DNA of 64,000 nucleotides from Helicobacter suis (GTDB lineage Bacteria; Campylobacterota; Campylobacteria; Campylobacterales; Helicobacteraceae): NCBI RefSeq assembly GCF_902196135.1, contig NZ_CABIKE010000003.1, positions 37,235 to 101,234 of the forward strand, read 5' to 3'. Shown piece by piece: positions 9,400 to 18,983 of this stretch (position 1 is its first letter; each line of letters starts with the position of its first letter). The notes under the pieces were generated by a model. It saw only the letters and a program-made list of their open reading frames with translations, ran no database searches and was not told where the DNA came from. The position numbers and the translations under genes were made by a program.

Positions 9400-10252
9400 T
9401 AGACTTTTGCGGGGTTTTTTGCACACCAAGTCCATCTTTATACATGATTGCTAGTTGGGTAGCAGCCTTAGTATCCCCCATATCTGCAGCCTTTTTATAG
9501 TACTTAAAAGCTTTTTGTAATCTTGCTTTTTTAAAGGAGACTCAAATTGATACATAGTCGCTAAGTACTCATAAGCTTTAGCCAAACCCATATCTGCAGC
9601 CTTGTAAAGATACTGCATGGCTTTTTGCACATCCTGTTTGATACGGCACTCATATTGATCCCCCCTATAATCTCCTAAATACATGTCGGCCACATTATAA
9701 TATCCTTCTGCATTCCCTAAGTCTCCAGCCTTTTTATAATATTGCATGGCTTTTTGGCAGTCTTTTTTACACCCATCCCTTCATAAATATCCCCCTCTTT
9801 ATACTCTGCTAAGTTTAAATAGCCTTGAGAATCTCCTCTCTTTGCGGCTTTCTGCCAGTATTGTAGAGCTTTTTGAACATATTCTTTAGCTTTTTGGTGG
9901 TCTTTTTTCACACCTTCTCCATCCTGATAGAGAAACCCCATGCCAATATAAGCATCTACATTTCCCATATCTATTGCCTTTTGATAATATTCTTTAGCTT
10001 TTTTAAAATCTTTATCTGTATTTAGACCATCTCCACTTCTATAAGTCCCATCTCTATACATCTCTGCTAGACTTAAATAGCCCCTAGAATCTCCCTCCTC
10101 TCCAGCTTTTTCTAGTACTTTAAGGCTTTCTGAGTGTCTCCACTTCTAAGGGCTTTTTCAGCGATAGAATAAGCGCTCTTCTCCTTAGCCTGTATATTTG
10201 CCAAACACAACACCCCCGCCAACGCCATATACAAAATACATTTAAACACCAT
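9400..10252 (-). pseudogene. Sel1-like repeat (Hcp-family, secreted) protein gene disrupted by frameshifts
   Basis: ATG at 10252 (minus strand) gives a signal peptide MVFKCILYMALAGVLCLANIQA and a first Sel1 repeat, then a stop. Two more Sel1-repeat fragments (9717-10061 and 9451-9747) lie in different frames. The motifs AxxYYxKAAxxGxxxAQxxLGxMY are typical of Sel1/Hcp repeats. Confidence 0.6.
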
Positions 10253-10278
10253 CTATTTTCTTTAAATTCAATTGATTT

Positions 10279-10893
10279 TTAACCCACCACCCACTCTCTA
10301 TAAAGATTAATCGCAATATAAATAACAAATCCAATAAAAATCAAGGCACAGATAAGATCTATCTTTTTGTAATGTTTAAAATATAAATTTTTAACTTTGG
10401 GATTTGAAAAGAGCAGGGCTATACAAAGAAAGTATAAAAAACTTTCTGCCACCAAAAGAAACACAAGCAAGCAGAGGGTTAAAAAGTGATAGGAAAAATT
10501 TAGGCTTGAGAAAATACTACTGAAATAAAATAAAGCCTTAACATTGCTGATATTTGTTATAAAACCTCTGATAAAGGGTCTGTCCATGTTAATTAAAGTT
10601 TCAAAATTCTCTTTTTGCTTTAAATTTTTTAAGAGCAAGAAGGCTAAGTATGACAAATAAAACATGCCAAAGAGAGTTAATAAAATTTTCATGAGAGGGA
10701 AAGCCTCTAAAAGCATTTTTAATCCGCTTAATGAGAGAATAATCCAAAAAAAGCAGCCTAAAGAAACGCCACAAACAACCAAAAATGCGCTTTTAAAGTT
10801 TGTTTTTAAGGCGTACGAACTAACGATTAAAAAATCAGGTCCTGGGAGTAACAAGGCAAAAAAATCAATCAGCAGAATGGGCAAAAAGCTCAC
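10279..10893 (-). CDS. LysE/RhtB-family amino-acid exporter-like membrane protein
   Basis: The 204-aa protein has about 6 transmembrane segments. An N-terminal LLPGPDFL motif and a central TNISNVKALFYF stretch are reminiscent of the RhtB PGS/NPK motifs. Assignment by memory only. Confidence 0.45.
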   Translation of the reverse strand: MSFLPILLIDFFALLLPGPDFLIVSSYALKTNFKSAFLVVCGVSLGCFFWIILSLSGLKMLLEAFPLMKILLTLFGMFYLSYLAFLLLKNLKQKENFETLINMDRPFIRGFITNISNVKALFYFSSIFSSLNFSYHFLTLCLLVFLLVAESFLYFLCIALLFSNPKVKNLYFKHYKKIDLICALIFIGFVIYIAINLYREWVVG

Positions 10894-10964
10894 GACTAGG
10901 TCCTTTGTTGCAAAATAGTACGCGTTTTAGTTTAAAGACTTTGGGCTAAATTTTAGCCATAAAA

Positions 10965-11417
10965 CTAATGAGAGAAAAGAGATTTTTTGACTTTGTCGTA
11001 TAAATCTGCGGGGGCTAGCCATTCTTTGATATTATGTTTGATTGAAAAATCCCTTGCTTGAAAATCAATGCAGTGTAATAACTTGAAAATAATTGATTCA
11101 TTTTCATAGGGTGCGACCAAGCACATGCTAGAAAGGTGGAATTTATCAGAAGATAGCACGATAAAAGTAGGGTATCGGCACAATAAAGGATTTTCATTAT
11201 TTAGAGTAATCACATCTCCAAAAGATAGTTTTTGAGCTAATTCAATCTCACATGATTTATTTTGTAAAATGATTTGTTTTAAAAATTGTTCAACTAAGCG
11301 CTTTCTATCCATTAATATTTTTATATCTCGCAGTTGGCTAGCAAGCTCTGTTTTCTGATTCTCTTTAAAACTTTGGATTTGTAATCTTGGAATGATTTGT
11401 AACTGATCTACCATCAC
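10965..11417 (-). CDS. Hypothetical protein (150 aa), possibly the intact 3' part of a decayed larger gene
   Basis: The ORF is at 10965-11417. The 220 nt upstream (11418-11640) contain several short open frames in different phases, which suggests a degraded 5' region. Confidence 0.3.
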   Translation of the reverse strand: MMVDQLQIIPRLQIQSFKENQKTELASQLRDIKILMDRKRLVEQFLKQIILQNKSCEIELAQKLSFGDVITLNNENPLLCRYPTFIVLSSDKFHLSSMCLVAPYENESIIFKLLHCIDFQARDFSIKHNIKEWLAPADLYDKVKKSLFSH

Positions 11418-11643
11418 CTCCCCACCGCTTACAATATAATTTCTATGTGAAGGGTATTTTCTACTCTGTTTATCTTGTGTTGTTACCGGGAAAGCTAGAA
11501 CAAATACTTTGTCTTCATAAATAACAAAGTACGGGCGTTTTTCCCCTGTTCATGCCCTTTTCTATAAATATTTTGGGCATACATAAATCCAAGCACCAAA
11601 AGCCCCTAGATTTGATAATTCATTTGAGTATAGCGGTGTGCTC

Positions 11644-12677
11644 TTAAGCGATGCTATGCAGGGGCAGATGCGCAATCTCTTTAAATCTAGCCTCTTTGCT
11701 CAAATAAGTAAAGTTGCCTTTTATATCGCGACTCTGGCAGACATCATGGGCCAAACAGTATTCTTGGAGAGGTGCTAGGATAAAAGGGAATTTATCTACA
11801 AGACTTTTATGGATAAAAAACGCATTGGTGCTAGATCTATCACAGCCTACCAAAACATAACCTTTCTTAATTCCTAAAGAAAGAAGTGCTGGCAGACTCG
11901 CTCCAAAATAAAGCCCGCTGTGGTGTGCTTTAAGGCGGTTAAAGTCCGCCCTATAGGGCACACTCACACAACAATTAGCCCCAAAAATAGCGTTAAACTC
12001 GATCACAACAATTGCCGGCTCTACACATTTAATTGCCTCCCATACAAAATAATCCACCCCATCAATGTCTATACTCAAAATAGCGACATTGCTTAAATCT
12101 CTAGAACGCAGGTAATCCTCTAAAAGAGAGTTGATATTTTCACGGGTGATAAAGGCACAACGCGCCTCTAAATCATGCGAGACAGAAACAACATCATCTT
12201 CTTTAATTTGTTTGTTATGTTCCAAGCTCCCATCCATCACAAGACCTGCAAAACGGCGTTTTCTAAGAAGATAACGGGTGTTGGATTCTTTGTAATTTTC
12301 TACGCCAAATTCAATAAAAGCACGGGGGTAGGCAGAGAAGAAGAATCAAGATCAAGCGTTTCTATGAGCAAATCTAAAATCCCATCCTCGCCATTTTGAG
12401 AGTAAACCTTAAACTCAAAATCGCGAATATCCACCCCCCCCCCCGATATTATGATGTTTTCGTAAGTTTTTTTATGTTGGTCAGAAAGAGTTTCTGCCTG
12501 CAACATGAGGAGCTTTTCTAATTTATCTTGATTAGAACAAGCCTCTGCTTGTAACATGTTTAATTTATCATTAAGGTGGATAGTAGAGGCATAGTTGAGA
12601 TTAGAAAGCGATGCATACAATCTCTTTTTAAGTGAGCGTATCAAAGGAGCATTTGAGAGCAGTTTGAATAAATCCAT
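11644..12677 (-). pseudogene. FkbM-family SAM-dependent methyltransferase, frameshifted; contains a G11 coding homopolymer
   Basis: The N-terminal piece 12300-12677 ends ...KVYSQNGEDGILDLLIETLDLDSSS. The C-terminal piece lies in another frame from about 12330 to 11644 and begins ...AFIEFGVENYKESNTRYLLRKRRFAGLVMDGS...LSIDIDGVDYFVWEAI. These fit the FkbM-domain YSQxGED / GxFxxxGAxxG / lKiDvEGaE pattern (recalled). The junction lies near the (TCT)n/C5 run at about 12318-12345. Confidence 0.6.
12434..12444 (-). repeat. Homopolymeric C11 on the plus strand, G11 on the coding (minus) strand, encoding SGGGV
   Basis: Counted 11 C at 12434-12444. It lies inside the N-terminal ORF of the FkbM-like gene. 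Confidence 0.9.
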
Positions 12678-12990
12678 TTTACATTCCTGATTAGTGTATT
12701 TGATTCTATTGTAAGCCGTTTTGGCTTAAATTCTGTGCACCAAGCATGGCAAAACAAATTTTCCATGACGCGGTAATGTAAAAAAGATATTTCATTTTCA
12801 CTAAATAACATAGACAAACTAGCCATTATTTGTAAGGATTTCACATAGTTTAAGTTTTTCTTAGCATCTAGTTCAAAAAAGTTTGTCAAGATAACACCGC
12901 TATAATCAAAAAGATCGATCAACAATAACAAAATTGGCTATTTATCGCCATCTAGGATAGTTTTAAAGGATTAGGTGCTACAATACTCCC

Positions 12991-13239
12991 ATGCGCATAG
13001 ATAAATTTTTAAATGCTGTCAATCTTACTAAAAGGCGCTCTATAGCGCTAGACATGCTCAAAGAGCGGGTTGTTTTTGTCAATGGGGTGGTTGTTAAGCC
13101 CAGTAAAGAGGTAAAAGTGGGCGATGTGATCGAGCTTAATTGTTTAGATCAAAAAAAGCGCTACAAAGTGCTTGCTATCCCCACCCTTAAAACCATTCCT
13201 AAAAGCCAAAGCCATCTGTATTTCCAAATCCTTGATTAA
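12991..13239 (+). CDS. S4-domain RNA-binding protein (Hsp15/YlmH-like)
   Basis: The 82-aa protein (MRIDKFLNAVNLTKRRS...) has an S4 fold signature. It sits immediately upstream of ileS, as HP1423 does (recalled). Confidence 0.7.
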   Translation: MRIDKFLNAVNLTKRRSIALDMLKERVVFVNGVVVKPSKEVKVGDVIELNCLDQKKRYKVLAIPTLKTIPKSQSHLYFQILD

Positions 13240-13248
13240 AGATTAACC

Positions 13249-16068
13249 ATGCCCAAAGATTACAAAGATACTTTAATTTTGCCCATAACTTCTTTTCCAA
13301 TGAAGGCTAATTTAGGTGAAAGTGCGCCTAAGGTTTATGCTAAATGGCAAGAGCAGCACATCTACAATGCTATGCAAAAAAAACGCGCCCACGCACAAGA
13401 AAGTTTTATTTTACACGATGGCCCGCCCTATGCTAATGGGCATTTACACATCGGGCATGCCCTTAATAAGATTTTAAAAGATGTGATTTTCAAACACCAG
13501 TATTTTTTAGGCAAGCGCGCTAACTATGTGCCCGGCTGGGATTGCCATGGCCTGCCTATTGAACAACAGGTAGAAAAAGATTTTAAAACAGAGCAACATA
13601 AACTGCCCCCAGAAAAGCGCCACAATTTAGATGCTTTAGAATTTAGGGATCGTTGCTATAAACACGCGCAAAAATTTATCCATATCCAGCGCGCTGAGTT
13701 TTTAGAGCTAGGGGTGGTAGGCGATTATGATCACCCTTATGAAACTTACCAATACGCCTTTGAAGCAAGTATTTATGAAATGCTTTGTATTGCCGCACAA
13801 AAAGGTTTACTCAAACAGCGCTTTAAGCCGGTTTATTGGAGTTGGGCGTGTCAAAGCGCGCTAGCAGAGGCAGAGGTAGAATACCAAGATAAACAATCTG
13901 ATTCGATCTTTGTAGCTTTCAGATTAGAGCAGCAGGCGGGGCAATTTCTTAAAGAGGAGGCGCATTTTAGCACGCAAAATATCCCCAGCCATTTTTTTGT
14001 AGTGATTTGGACAACTACGCCTTGGACTTTGCCGGCTAATGTTGCCCTTGCACTTAAACCAAAAACTACTTATGCTATCACCTCCAAAGGGCACATCATC
14101 GCTTTAGAGCTAGCCCAAAAACTACTCGATCAAGGCATCTTAGAGGGCGAAATTATTGGCAGTTTTACTAGCGATCTTTTAGAGCATAAACGCGCTATTA
14201 ACCCGCTTAATCAACGCTCTTCTTTAGTGGTGTTAGGCGATCATGTGAGTTTAGAGGAGGGCAGCGGGGCGGTGCATACTGCCCCCGGGCATGGGGAGGA
14301 GGATTATCATTTAGGCTTGCGTTATAATTTAGAGGTACTGGTACCGGTAGATGATAGGGGTTGTTATAATGAGGAGATTTTACAAAAAAAGCTTTTGCCG
14401 GAGGCCTTTTTAGGCAAACATGTTTTAAAAAGCCAGCCCCAAATTTTAGAACTCTTAGGGGAGCATTTATTACACCACAAAATCATCACCCACTCTTACC
14501 CGCATTGTTGGCGCACCCATGAACCCATTTTATACCGCGCTACCACCCAGTGGTTTATTTTAATGGATACGCCTTTTTTACAAGCCAATGGGAGTTTGAA
14601 AACTTTAAGAGAGGTGGCGCTAGAGGCATTAGAAAGTGTAAATTTTTATCCAAAGCAGGGTAAAAATCGCTTAAAAGCTATGATTGAGCAGCGCCCTGAT
14701 TGGTGTGTGAGTAGACAGCGCAACTGGGGCGTGCCTATGGCTTTTTTTCTAGATAAGAAAACCCAAGAGCCCTTGTTAGAGGAGGCGATTTTAAAGCATA
14801 TTAAGCAGACCTTTAAAGAGCAGGGTTGTAATGTGTGGTGGGAATTAAGCATTGCAGAACTTTTACCCCCTGAGTTTAAACATTTAGCCCCAACTTTAGA
14901 GAAAAACACGCATATTTTAGATGTGTGGTTTGATAGCGGGAGTACTTTTAAGGCGGTGTGTGAGGAGCGCTTGGGGGTTTATCCTAGCGATCTAGTTTTA
15001 GAGGGAAGCGATCAACACCGCGGGTGGTTTCAAAGCTCGCTACTACTTAGTTGTATCAAACACTCTAAAGCGCCCTTTAAAGCAGTGCTCACACATGGTT
15101 TTACCGTGGATGCTAAGGGGCATAAGATGAGTAAATCTAAGGGCAATGTCTTTTCTTTAGAGGAAGTGCTTAAAACCTATGGGAGTGATATTTTACGCCT
15201 GTGGGTGGTGATGAATGACTATCAGGATAACCTCAGCGTCTCTAGTGCCTTTTTTAAACAAACCTCTGAGAGTTATAAAAAGGTGCGTAATACCCTGCGC
15301 TTTTTGCTAGCTAACATGGAGGGGTTAGAAACTCTAGTACCCTTACAAGATTTAGGTTTGATTGATCGCTGGATTTTAGCGCTAAGCTCTAGGGTTTTTA
15401 TACAAGTACAAGATCATTTTAAACATTTTGATTTTGTAAAAGGTTTACAAAAACTTTTAGCTTTCATGGCTAATGAGCTCAGTGGCATTTATTTAGATAT
15501 TTGTAAAGATAGCCTCTACTGCGCCTTTGAAAAAGATCCTAAACGGCTAGCGATTCAAACTACCATGTTGTACCTTGCCCACCAACTTTGTTTTACTCTA
15601 GCCCCCATTTTGACCTACACCATAGAGGAGGTTTTCACACATGCTAGTGATCTGTTTAAAGAGGTGACGCTAGAAGGAGGTGGGGTGTTTGATCTAAAAG
15701 AGCCTTTGTTATTTGAGGGGGATCAAGAAATTTTAGAGGATTTTAAACGCCCCTTAGAAGTGCGCGCCCTCTTTAGCGAGGCTTTAGATAGCCTTAAAAA
15801 AGAGAAAAAGATTAAAACTTCTTTAGAGTTAGAATTAGGCTTTAAAAACCCTAAAGATTTAAAATTTTCCCACTATGAGGAGTGGCTTATGGTGAGTGTA
15901 GTAGGGGGTTTGCAAACAAAAGAGCCACTTTTAGAGGGTGAGGGCTTTAGCCTTTATCTTGCTAGTAAATATAAATGCCCGCGTTGTTGGCAGTTTAACA
16001 GTGTGGATCAAGAAAATATTTGCCCGCGTTGTACAGAAGTTTTAAAGAAAAGCGCATGCAAGGTTTAA
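13249..16068 (+). CDS. ileS: Isoleucyl-tRNA synthetase
   Basis: The protein is 939 aa. HIGH (PYANGHLHIGHALN) and KMSKS motifs are present. C-terminal zinc-binding CPRC...CPRC motifs are present. Confidence 0.95.
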   Translation: MPKDYKDTLILPITSFPMKANLGESAPKVYAKWQEQHIYNAMQKKRAHAQESFILHDGPPYANGHLHIGHALNKILKDVIFKHQYFLGKRANYVPGWDCHGLPIEQQVEKDFKTEQHKLPPEKRHNLDALEFRDRCYKHAQKFIHIQRAEFLELGVVGDYDHPYETYQYAFEASIYEMLCIAAQKGLLKQRFKPVYWSWACQSALAEAEVEYQDKQSDSIFVAFRLEQQAGQFLKEEAHFSTQNIPSHFFVVIWTTTPWTLPANVALALKPKTTYAITSKGHIIALELAQKLLDQGILEGEIIGSFTSDLLEHKRAINPLNQRSSLVVLGDHVSLEEGSGAVHTAPGHGEEDYHLGLRYNLEVLVPVDDRGCYNEEILQKKLLPEAFLGKHVLKSQPQILELLGEHLLHHKIITHSYPHCWRTHEPILYRATTQWFILMDTPFLQANGSLKTLREVALEALESVNFYPKQGKNRLKAMIEQRPDWCVSRQRNWGVPMAFFLDKKTQEPLLEEAILKHIKQTFKEQGCNVWWELSIAELLPPEFKHLAPTLEKNTHILDVWFDSGSTFKAVCEERLGVYPSDLVLEGSDQHRGWFQSSLLLSCIKHSKAPFKAVLTHGFTVDAKGHKMSKSKGNVFSLEEVLKTYGSDILRLWVVMNDYQDNLSVSSAFFKQTSESYKKVRNTLRFLLANMEGLETLVPLQDLGLIDRWILALSSRVFIQVQDHFKHFDFVKGLQKLLAFMANELSGIYLDICKDSLYCAFEKDPKRLAIQTTMLYLAHQLCFTLAPILTYTIEEVFTHASDLFKEVTLEGGGVFDLKEPLLFEGDQEILEDFKRPLEVRALFSEALDSLKKEKKIKTSLELELGFKNPKDLKFSHYEEWLMVSVVGGLQTKEPLLEGEGFSLYLASKYKCPRCWQFNSVDQENICPRCTEVLKKSACKV

Positions 16069-16493
16069 GCCATTTGGGGCATAAAACCCCCTATATTGAC
16101 AAATACGACCCCAGTCTCTTAGAAGCCTTTGACAACCCCCACCCGCATTTAGATATTTTTACCCGTCTCTACACAGAGGAATTTACAAGCCTTTGTCCTA
16201 TCACTTCCCAGCCAGATTTTGCCAGCTTAAGCATTAATTACATTGCCCATTTAAAAATGGTGGAGAGTAAATCGCTTAAACTCTATCTTTTTAGTTTCCG
16301 CAATGAAGGCATGTTTGGCGAGGATTGTGCGGGCAAGATTTTAAACGATTTGGTTGCTCTTTTAAAGCCTAAATATTTAGAGGTACAAGCCAAGTTTAGT
16401 AAACGCGGGAGCATTGCCTTAGAACCCTTTGTGAGTTACGCAACAAAGGACTACCAAACTTTAAAGCAACAAAGACTTGTAAGGATTTATTAG
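16056..16493 (+). CDS. queF: NADPH-dependent 7-cyano-7-deazaguanine reductase QueF
   Basis: The catalytic Cys context SLCPITSQPDFA and the E(S)K(S)LKLYL QueF motif are present. The likely start ATG 16056 overlaps the ileS stop by 13 nt. The ORF track begins earlier, at 16020. Confidence 0.85.
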   Translation: MQGLSHLGHKTPYIDKYDPSLLEAFDNPHPHLDIFTRLYTEEFTSLCPITSQPDFASLSINYIAHLKMVESKSLKLYLFSFRNEGMFGEDCAGKILNDLVALLKPKYLEVQAKFSKRGSIALEPFVSYATKDYQTLKQQRLVRIY

Positions 16494-16643
16494 AGTCTTT
16501 TTAAGGCTTTTATCAATCTATGCGTAAACTTTTGCTTTTTTGGGCGTAGTCAGTTATTTGGTAGTTGTAAGCAAATTAGTATGCTTGTGTTATCTGTAAA
16601 AGGGCATTTTAGAAACTCTGCAAGAAATCATAACCTAAAGAAC

Positions 16644-17147
16644 CTACGGTTCTTTTCCAGAACGAATCGTATCTGTTAAACCGGGGTAGGGGGCTTTGTT
16701 AATCACGGCCTCGTTATTTTGCCCCCTATTTTTGGCATAGGTGATCGTGGCAAATTCAGAGACAAGGTATTTAGGATAGGTGGCGTAGGTATCGCGCGAT
16801 TTTTCCATTAAAGGGATGTGTTCGTTTTGAAAACAAACCGTGATTTCAGGATGTTCATGTACCCATTTAGGGAAGAAAATCATGCCATGGATTCGCTTTT
16901 CACAGGGCATAAAATCCAGAGCTACATCTGTACCTGTAGGTTCTGTCCAAGTGATCTTAAACACGCCCTCTACTAATTGCACTAAATCCACCTCTTGATT
17001 TTTAACCCAGCGCCCTGCTACCATGCCCCCGTGGATGCGATAATCAATGGTGTGGCTGTTTTTCACATACAATTCATACTCCCACCCATTATCATAAGTG
17101 TAAATAAAATGCATACCTAAAAAATCCTCTAAAGTCCTGCAATCCAT
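16644..17147 (-). CDS. padC: Phenolic acid (hydroxycinnamate) decarboxylase
   Basis: The 167-aa protein is near-collinear with Bacillus PadC as I recall it ([33 protein letters not shown]...VCFQNEH...TYPKY). Confidence 0.85.
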   Translation of the reverse strand: MDCRTLEDFLGMHFIYTYDNGWEYELYVKNSHTIDYRIHGGMVAGRWVKNQEVDLVQLVEGVFKITWTEPTGTDVALDFMPCEKRIHGMIFFPKWVHEHPEITVCFQNEHIPLMEKSRDTYATYPKYLVSEFATITYAKNRGQNNEAVINKAPYPGLTDTIRSGKEP

Positions 17148-17322
17148 TTTTATCCCTTATTTTTCTTTTAATTATAGCCAAGTCCTCCTAAAATGCGGAC
17201 AAATTTAAAGATTTTACATGATTAATTAGCGATTTTTTGCTAAAGTTGTGGTTTGTATTTTCAGCCTAGCTAACAAAGTTAGAAAGATTGAGATTGCAAC
17301 AATATTTTTAAACAAGGAGTTT

Positions 17323-18975
17323 ATGATGACAACAACTGTAGGCCAGTATCTGCTGGATCGCTTAAAGGATTATGGGGTACGGCATGTCTTTGGAGTACCC
17401 GGGGATTATAATTTGGAGTTTTTAGATCTGATTGAAGATGATCCGGGCTTAGAGTGGGTGGGTAATTGTAACGAGCTTAACGGCGCATATGCTAGCGATG
17501 GTTATGGGCGTATTAACTCTATGGCCGCTCTAGTAACTACCTTTGGCGTGGGCGAACTGAGTGCGATTAATGGAATCGCGGGCTCTTATGCTGAAAGTGT
17601 ACCTGTGGTTAAGATTGTGGGCATGCCCTCAAGAAATGCCTCTATCAATCGCCGCTACATGCACCACACTTTAGGCGATGGGGAGTTTATGAAGTTTTAT
17701 GATATGTATCGTGCTATCACGGTTGCTCGCACGGTGCTTAACAAACAAAACGCTAAAAGCGAGATCGATCGCGTGTTGGCTGAGTGTGCTTTGCATAAAA
17801 AACCGGTTTATATTGGTATCCCTGCTGATGTAGCCCACCTCTCTATTGAGGTTTCTACGCCCATGCTTTATAAACCCAAGAGTGATAAAAAAATTTTAGA
17901 TTCTTTTTTAGAGGCGGCTAAACAGATTATCAAAAACGCCAAAGCGCCTCTTGTGCTGGCCGACTATGAGATCAAACGCTACAAACTTCAAGATGAATTG
18001 CTTGAATTTATTGAAAAGGCTAATCTACCCATCTCCACGCTTGCTATGGGTAAGGGCGCTTTTCCTGAAACACACCCTAATTTTATAGGGATTTATAGCG
18101 GTATTTTAAGTGATGAACGGGTTACTTCTGTGGCAAGAGATAAAGATTGTTTGATTCTTCTTGGGGTTAAATTTACAGACTTTTTAACAGCCGGATTTCA
18201 CTACATCAACACAACCCCGGGCTTTGGTGTCCCTGTTATAGAAGTGCACCCTCTTTATAGCCAAATAGGTGAAAAAGTTTATAGCGATATTTTAATGCCC
18301 GATGTGCTCAAAAAACTAGCCACCCTTAAATACAGCGCTAAGTTGCCTCACCCTGAAAAACACGAGCACACTAAACTAAGCGGTAAACTCACCCAGCATA
18401 AATTTTTCCAAGTGATTGAACAACATCTGCGCCCTAAAGATGTGTTGCTCACGGAAACAGGAACTTCCTTTTTTGGTTCTATTACAATCCATCTCCCCGA
18501 AAAAGTTACTTTTGTAGGACAACCGCTTTGGGGTTCTATTGGCTTTACCTTTGGGGCTTTGCTTGGAACTTGTCTTGCAGATAGAAAACGGCGCAATATT
18601 CTTATCATTGGCGATGGCTCTTTCCAGCTCACCGCTCAAGAATTATCCACAATGCTACGAGAAAACCTCACACCTATTATCATCGTGATTAATAACGATG
18701 GCTACACTGTGGAGCGCTGTATCCATGGGCCCAATCGCAAATACAACGATATTAATATGTGGCATTACACTAAATTAGTTGAAGTATTTGATGTACATCT
18801 CAAACGGCATGCCTTTAGCGCGACTGCCTCTTCTGTAGAAGAACTCAACCACGCCCTAGAGGAAGCGGATAAATCTAAAAAGCTCTCTTTTATAGAGGTG
18901 ATTATGGATCGCGACGATGCTCCCGTTCTTTTAAAGAAATTGGGCGAAATTGCCTCCAAAAACAACCAACAATAA
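17323..18975 (+). CDS. ipdC: Thiamine-diphosphate-dependent 2-keto-acid decarboxylase (indolepyruvate/phenylpyruvate decarboxylase family)
   Basis: The N-terminus VGQYLLDRLKDYGVRHVFGVPGDYNLEFLD matches the IpdC/PDC family. The TPP-binding motif GDGS-x26-NN is present (IIGDGSFQL...VINNDGYTVER). aaggag lies 9 nt upstream of ATG 17323. The ORF track begins earlier, at 17248. Confidence 0.8.
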   Translation: MMTTTVGQYLLDRLKDYGVRHVFGVPGDYNLEFLDLIEDDPGLEWVGNCNELNGAYASDGYGRINSMAALVTTFGVGELSAINGIAGSYAESVPVVKIVGMPSRNASINRRYMHHTLGDGEFMKFYDMYRAITVARTVLNKQNAKSEIDRVLAECALHKKPVYIGIPADVAHLSIEVSTPMLYKPKSDKKILDSFLEAAKQIIKNAKAPLVLADYEIKRYKLQDELLEFIEKANLPISTLAMGKGAFPETHPNFIGIYSGILSDERVTSVARDKDCLILLGVKFTDFLTAGFHYINTTPGFGVPVIEVHPLYSQIGEKVYSDILMPDVLKKLATLKYSAKLPHPEKHEHTKLSGKLTQHKFFQVIEQHLRPKDVLLTETGTSFFGSITIHLPEKVTFVGQPLWGSIGFTFGALLGTCLADRKRRNILIIGDGSFQLTAQELSTMLRENLTPIIIVINNDGYTVERCIHGPNRKYNDINMWHYTKLVEVFDVHLKRHAFSATASSVEELNHALEEADKSKKLSFIEVIMDRDDAPVLLKKLGEIASKNNQQ

Positions 18976-18983
18976 GGATTGAT

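Noticed and set aside
12641..12931. 96-aa minus-strand ORF upstream of the FkbM-like gene
   Set aside because: It overlaps the FkbM N-terminus. It has no SD and no motif, and its composition is typical of an AT-rich intergenic stretch. It is probably non-coding promoter DNA.
16020..16055. Upstream extension of queF (ORF-track start 16020) and of radA (42865), ipdC (17248), lipoprotein (41401)
   Set aside because: The extensions overlap the preceding gene and lack an SD. Internal Met codons align with the conserved N-termini of the respective families.
16637..16657. Hairpin aagaacc-tac-ggttctt between queF and padC as a bidirectional terminator
   Set aside because: It overlaps the padC stop codon and has only a 4-T run. 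It is too weak to annotate.
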